NCBI GenBank assembly: GCA_002269645.1
Contig: NIVC01002455.1
Location: 108,384-172,383, forward strand
Source: Macrostomum lignano
Taxonomy: Eukaryota
Direction of reading: 5' to 3'
Length of the DNA stretch: 64,000 bases
Under the pieces are notes generated by a model. It searched no databases. It saw nothing but the letters and a program-made list of their open reading frames with translations, and was not told the DNA's origin. A program made the translations under genes and the position numbers. Positions 61,238 to 64,000 of the stretch are shown here, one piece after another; the stretch's first letter is position 1, and each line of letters starts with the position of its first letter.

Positions 61238-63899
61238 TTTTTATTAAAATATTCATGAAGTTCAAAATTTATCTATACAATAATATTTTGCCTTTAATAT
61301 ATGTATAGCTAGTTTTGTATAATGATAATTATGATAAAAGCGGAATAAGAAGAAAAGAAGACCTAGTATATACACATTATAAGCATTAAAATAGTTTAAA
61401 TTATGCATGATGAATTATATACATATTTATTTATTCAATTTATTCCCAATCAAATAATTAAGAATAGCAAGGACTACTGAAATAACATATTTAAATTTTC
61501 TAAACAAAATTTTAAATTTCTTTCTAAACAAATGCAAAAACCATTAAAATTCAAACAAAGATAAAGTGCAAATGAATCACATATTAAAATAATTCTGATC
61601 TATTTAAATTTTAAACAAAAGTTAAACCAAATCAAACAAAAATTATATTCCTAAAAAGGCATAAAATTTAAAAAAACTGATCAAGGTAATTATAATTAAT
61701 TTTTGACAAAATACTTGTTTTTGCGATTGTTATTGTTATTGTTTTAACAAGTTTTCTAGAATTCATTATAATATTCTTTTTTTGTATACTGTAAAATATA
61801 TTACATTACCTTTGTTTTATTTAAGAACTTTATCTAAGAATAGGAAAAAAGAAAATTTTTAAGAAATAGGGCAACAAACAAGGCAAAAGCACAATAAACA
61901 CATGTTTAAATAGCTCATAGCTGCATTGTTGCCCAGGTAATTTCTAATTTTATTTATTGATATGGTGTAAGACTAAATTATTATAGACTAGCATTTCGCA
62001 TGCATAATTTAGCATGCTATAGCCTGGAATAGTACTGTAGTATAGAGCCATCAAATAACAGCAATTGAAAGGAACAAACGAAATTGAATCAATAGCCAAA
62101 TCATATTAAACTTTTAACTCGCTTGCTCGCTAAGCTAGCTAGCAAAAAAACTTTTCACGCTGTAAATTAAAATCCCGCCAGTCATACAAAAAGTATGACG
62201 CGAAAATTACGTTACTTTCAACGTTACAGATTTACTTTATTATAAAAGTTGAGAGGTTCCTACGTTCCTTATTAACTGCTTTAAAGAGTTGACTTCTCTA
62301 ACTTAAAGTGTTACTCGTGGAAATCTGCTACACTGTATCGGCAGATGAATCATTTCTGTTCAAACTAAGACCATATTTTGCTTCTTTAGGTAACATGTAT
62401 TACATGTAGCTAATCTGCAACAACAGTAGCAATGATTCCTTAAACGCTCGCGAGGCATTTTTTAGGAGGGCAATTTTTAGAGAGGTAATTTAGTTCTTGC
62501 ACTGTTTATTGTTAGCTTTATGGTTTTGGTTACCCAAACCTGTATGAGTTGACTCTGTCTACATGTACATGTGATGTACATATGTATATGTACAAGCACC
62601 AATCGTGACATGTGTATGTGATGTAGTTTGATTCACATAACTATCTCCTTGTCAAATGAAGAATCTTAGCAGAGGATTTTTCCCGAGATCCATCTTGGAA
62701 TTGGATTTAAAATAGTTTTTTGTATAGATTTGAAAACTCAGGAAAAGTTATTCGGTTTTTTAAGAATTGTTCATTTCCATGAATTGCTTTTAATGGTGTT
62801 TAAATGTGATTTGAGTTTAGTCCAACGTATGAAAAGTGATTAAATACAGGTGATACTAAATACGATGTACTGAAATATGGTAACAGCTGGTTTCACTCAC
62901 ATACATGTATCATTTAAATGAAATGAACCAATAATGCAAGTAGCATATAAAAGCGGCAAGCAACAGACCATATTATGTACATTGAAGCTGTGAACATGAA
63001 TATGGTCATTTTATTAGTTTGAAAATATCATTTTATTAGTCTGAAAAAACTTTGAAAATAGATTCGTAATGAGGCGAATTCGCGAAATACAGATAACTTT
63101 AATTTCATGGCTTGTTCAAAAGTAACGTACTAAGATCAGAATTAAGTACATGCAACTGGTATCTCCAGAGAAGGAGATGCAGTTTTACATATTTATATAG
63201 CTTTATTTTGTTAAAGCGCCGACAGAATTAGGCTGGCCAAAAAGAGACCAGTCAGGTAAAGATTTGAGCAAACACCGAGACCGAGAAACTATTATAGCTG
63301 CCCCCAAAACTCTGCACACGAAAGTTGAGAGAAATATATAATGGGAGCGCATAAATAAGTCGACTCGGATTCCAATGCATGCAGCTATTTACTGTAGGAT
63401 CACCCCAGCAATGAATGAAAGGAGAGAAAATGTAAACATTGGAGAGGAGGTGCGGTAGGAAGTTGATACTGTACTGAGGTCCTCGTCTCTCGAATACAGT
63501 ATGCTGTACACCTACAGGTGAACGTACAATTTACCTGTCAGCTCCACCCTCACGCTCTGTTGGTAACGACTCTCGGCAAAGACTTTTTTCAAAACTTCCT
63601 TTCTACTCCTGTGCAAGTTTTGCATCGGTTGTCATTGACAACGCCGTGAAGCTTCCTTCCCCTCTCTATGCTCTCTCTCTCTCCTCTTCTCTCCTCTCGC
63701 CCTGTGTCCCCATATGGTATGCAGACAGCAGCGCAGAGAAGCAAAGGGGCGTTGTCCCTCATGGACAGAGGCGCTGAGGTGGGGCGCACGGAATCGAGAA
63801 TCGCTCGATAAAAGGCATTGGCAGCTCTGGTTTGCAGTTACAACGGCTGTTTGAAGCAATAGTTAGTTATATCATTGTGCAACTCCTAGCCAAGCCAGT

Positions 63900-64000
63900 A
63901 TGGGAGACCTCGACAGCCAGAGTAAGTGGTTGAAGTTGGCCTTCTTCTTCACAGTCATCGGGTTCTGCCTGCTGCTGTTCACTTCGTTTGCTGGGCAGCG
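63900..64000 (+). CDS. Possible start of a membrane protein (signal-anchor-like N-terminus), truncated by window edge
   Basis: ATG at 63900 opens MGDLDSQSKWLKLAFFFTVIGFCLLLFTSFAGQ with C/G-ending codons like the other exons. It is only 33 codons long, and an internal GTAAGT could be a donor. Confidence 0.4.
   Translation, partial: MGDLDSQSKWLKLAFFFTVIGFCLLLFTSFAGQ

Overview
This is eukaryotic (metazoan) genomic DNA with GT-AG introns, GC-rich exons and repeat-filled introns. Most of the window (+ strand, 8508-56367) is the 3' part of a Fat-like atypical cadherin gene of the FAT1/FAT3/kugelei type. I could assemble 17 exons with consistent splice phases, about 3150 codons in total: about 19 cadherin repeats, EGF, one LamG, four more EGF, a transmembrane segment and a GYHWDTSDW tail. 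The 5' exons lie upstream of the window, and one exon (49862-50314) has an unresolved 1-nt frame break. A two-exon protein phosphatase 1 inhibitor-2 gene (PPP1R2-like) lies convergently on the - strand (61237-58499), and a possible membrane-protein start sits at the right edge. The most striking unexplained pattern is that every intron of both genes (18 of 18) carries its own tandem minisatellite. These often fill most of the intron, several fall into families sharing a core motif, and several repeat a recognisable transcription-factor or splicing motif. The overall style suggests a free-living flatworm such as Macrostomum, but that is inference only. Most long ORFs in the supplied track are artefacts of stop-free repeats or of antisense frames of GC-rich exons. 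Repeat boundaries and copy numbers were read by eye and are approximate.
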